DNA of 64,000 nucleotides, from the IMG/VR virus record IMGVR_UViG_3300027749_000038; one strand, 5' to 3'. The notes under the pieces are model-generated. The model saw only the letters and a program-made list of their open reading frames with translations. It was not told the DNA's origin and did not search any database. Position numbers and translations under genes: made by a program. Every line of letters begins with the position of its first letter. Position 1 is the first letter of the stretch. Of the stretch, positions 63,660 to 64,000 are shown in pieces. This stretch comes from a virus.

Positions 63660-64000
63660 ATGTCTACTAGATACATAGCATCACCAGGCGTCCAAATTTC
63701 TGAGGTTGATCAATCCTTAACCACAAGAGCTCAAGCGGGTACTACAGTATTTATTACTGGATTTGCTCCTCAAGGGCATACAGACGAAGTAATCAACATT
63801 ACTTCTGTTTCTGATTTTGAATCTACCTTTGGATTACCTACGAATGAAGCCGAGCGTTATTTGTATCACACAGCTAAACAAATTTTAACTCAATCCCCAG
63901 CTAATTTAGCAGTTACCCGAATGGCCTACGGCTCTGGAATGGGAGCCGGTTTTGCTAATACCTATGCAGCTTTAGTTTATCCGGTTAAAGGAACCACCAC
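63660..64000 (+). CDS. contractile tail sheath protein (T4 gp18-like), 3'-truncated by the window
   Basis: SPGVQISEVDQS, GFAPQG..DE, FESTFG.P, VTR. Confidence 0.9.
   Translation, partial: MSTRYIASPGVQISEVDQSLTTRAQAGTTVFITGFAPQGHTDEVINITSVSDFESTFGLPTNEAERYLYHTAKQILTQSPANLAVTRMAYGSGMGAGFANTYAALVYPVKGTT

Noticed and set aside
1-64000. Stop-codon reassignment
   Set aside because: Conserved genes (nrdB, phoH, hpt, dCMP deaminase) are full length under the standard code, and TAA, TAG and TGA all terminate ORFs

Overview
Segment of a large T4-like myovirus (jumbo-phage-like) genome. Evidence: tail sheath, gp14-like neck protein, NrdA/NrdB, PhoH, collagen/LamG/LRR fibres and a lysis cassette. About 1-20 kb is a dense early/accessory region of small ORFs. 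At least 26 of them sit directly behind a repeated sigma70-type promoter (TTGnGn-TTCCCC..17 bp..-TAAGAT-N6-9-ATG) that implies leaderless mRNAs. Interleaved late genes (ATAA[A/G]TA-N5-9-ATG) share a portable N-terminal leader resembling a capsid-targeting and protease-cleavage signal. The array becomes GC-rich (16-20 kb) and ends in a ~260-nt multi-stem element. The rest of the window holds: proline-free Gly-X-Gln collagen fibres with a glycosylation/hydroxylation cluster; a tmRNA whose T-loop is interrupted by a 201-nt group I intron, followed by a free-standing endonuclease inside a duplicated tmRNA 3' end; a spanin-holin-endolysin cassette; an 882-aa fusion of three nucleotidyl-transfer folds; NrdA split by a naturally split intein; and two paralogous HNH genes each preceded by a covarying 13-bp inverted repeat. 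No database searches were run. Family calls rest on motifs read from the sequence.
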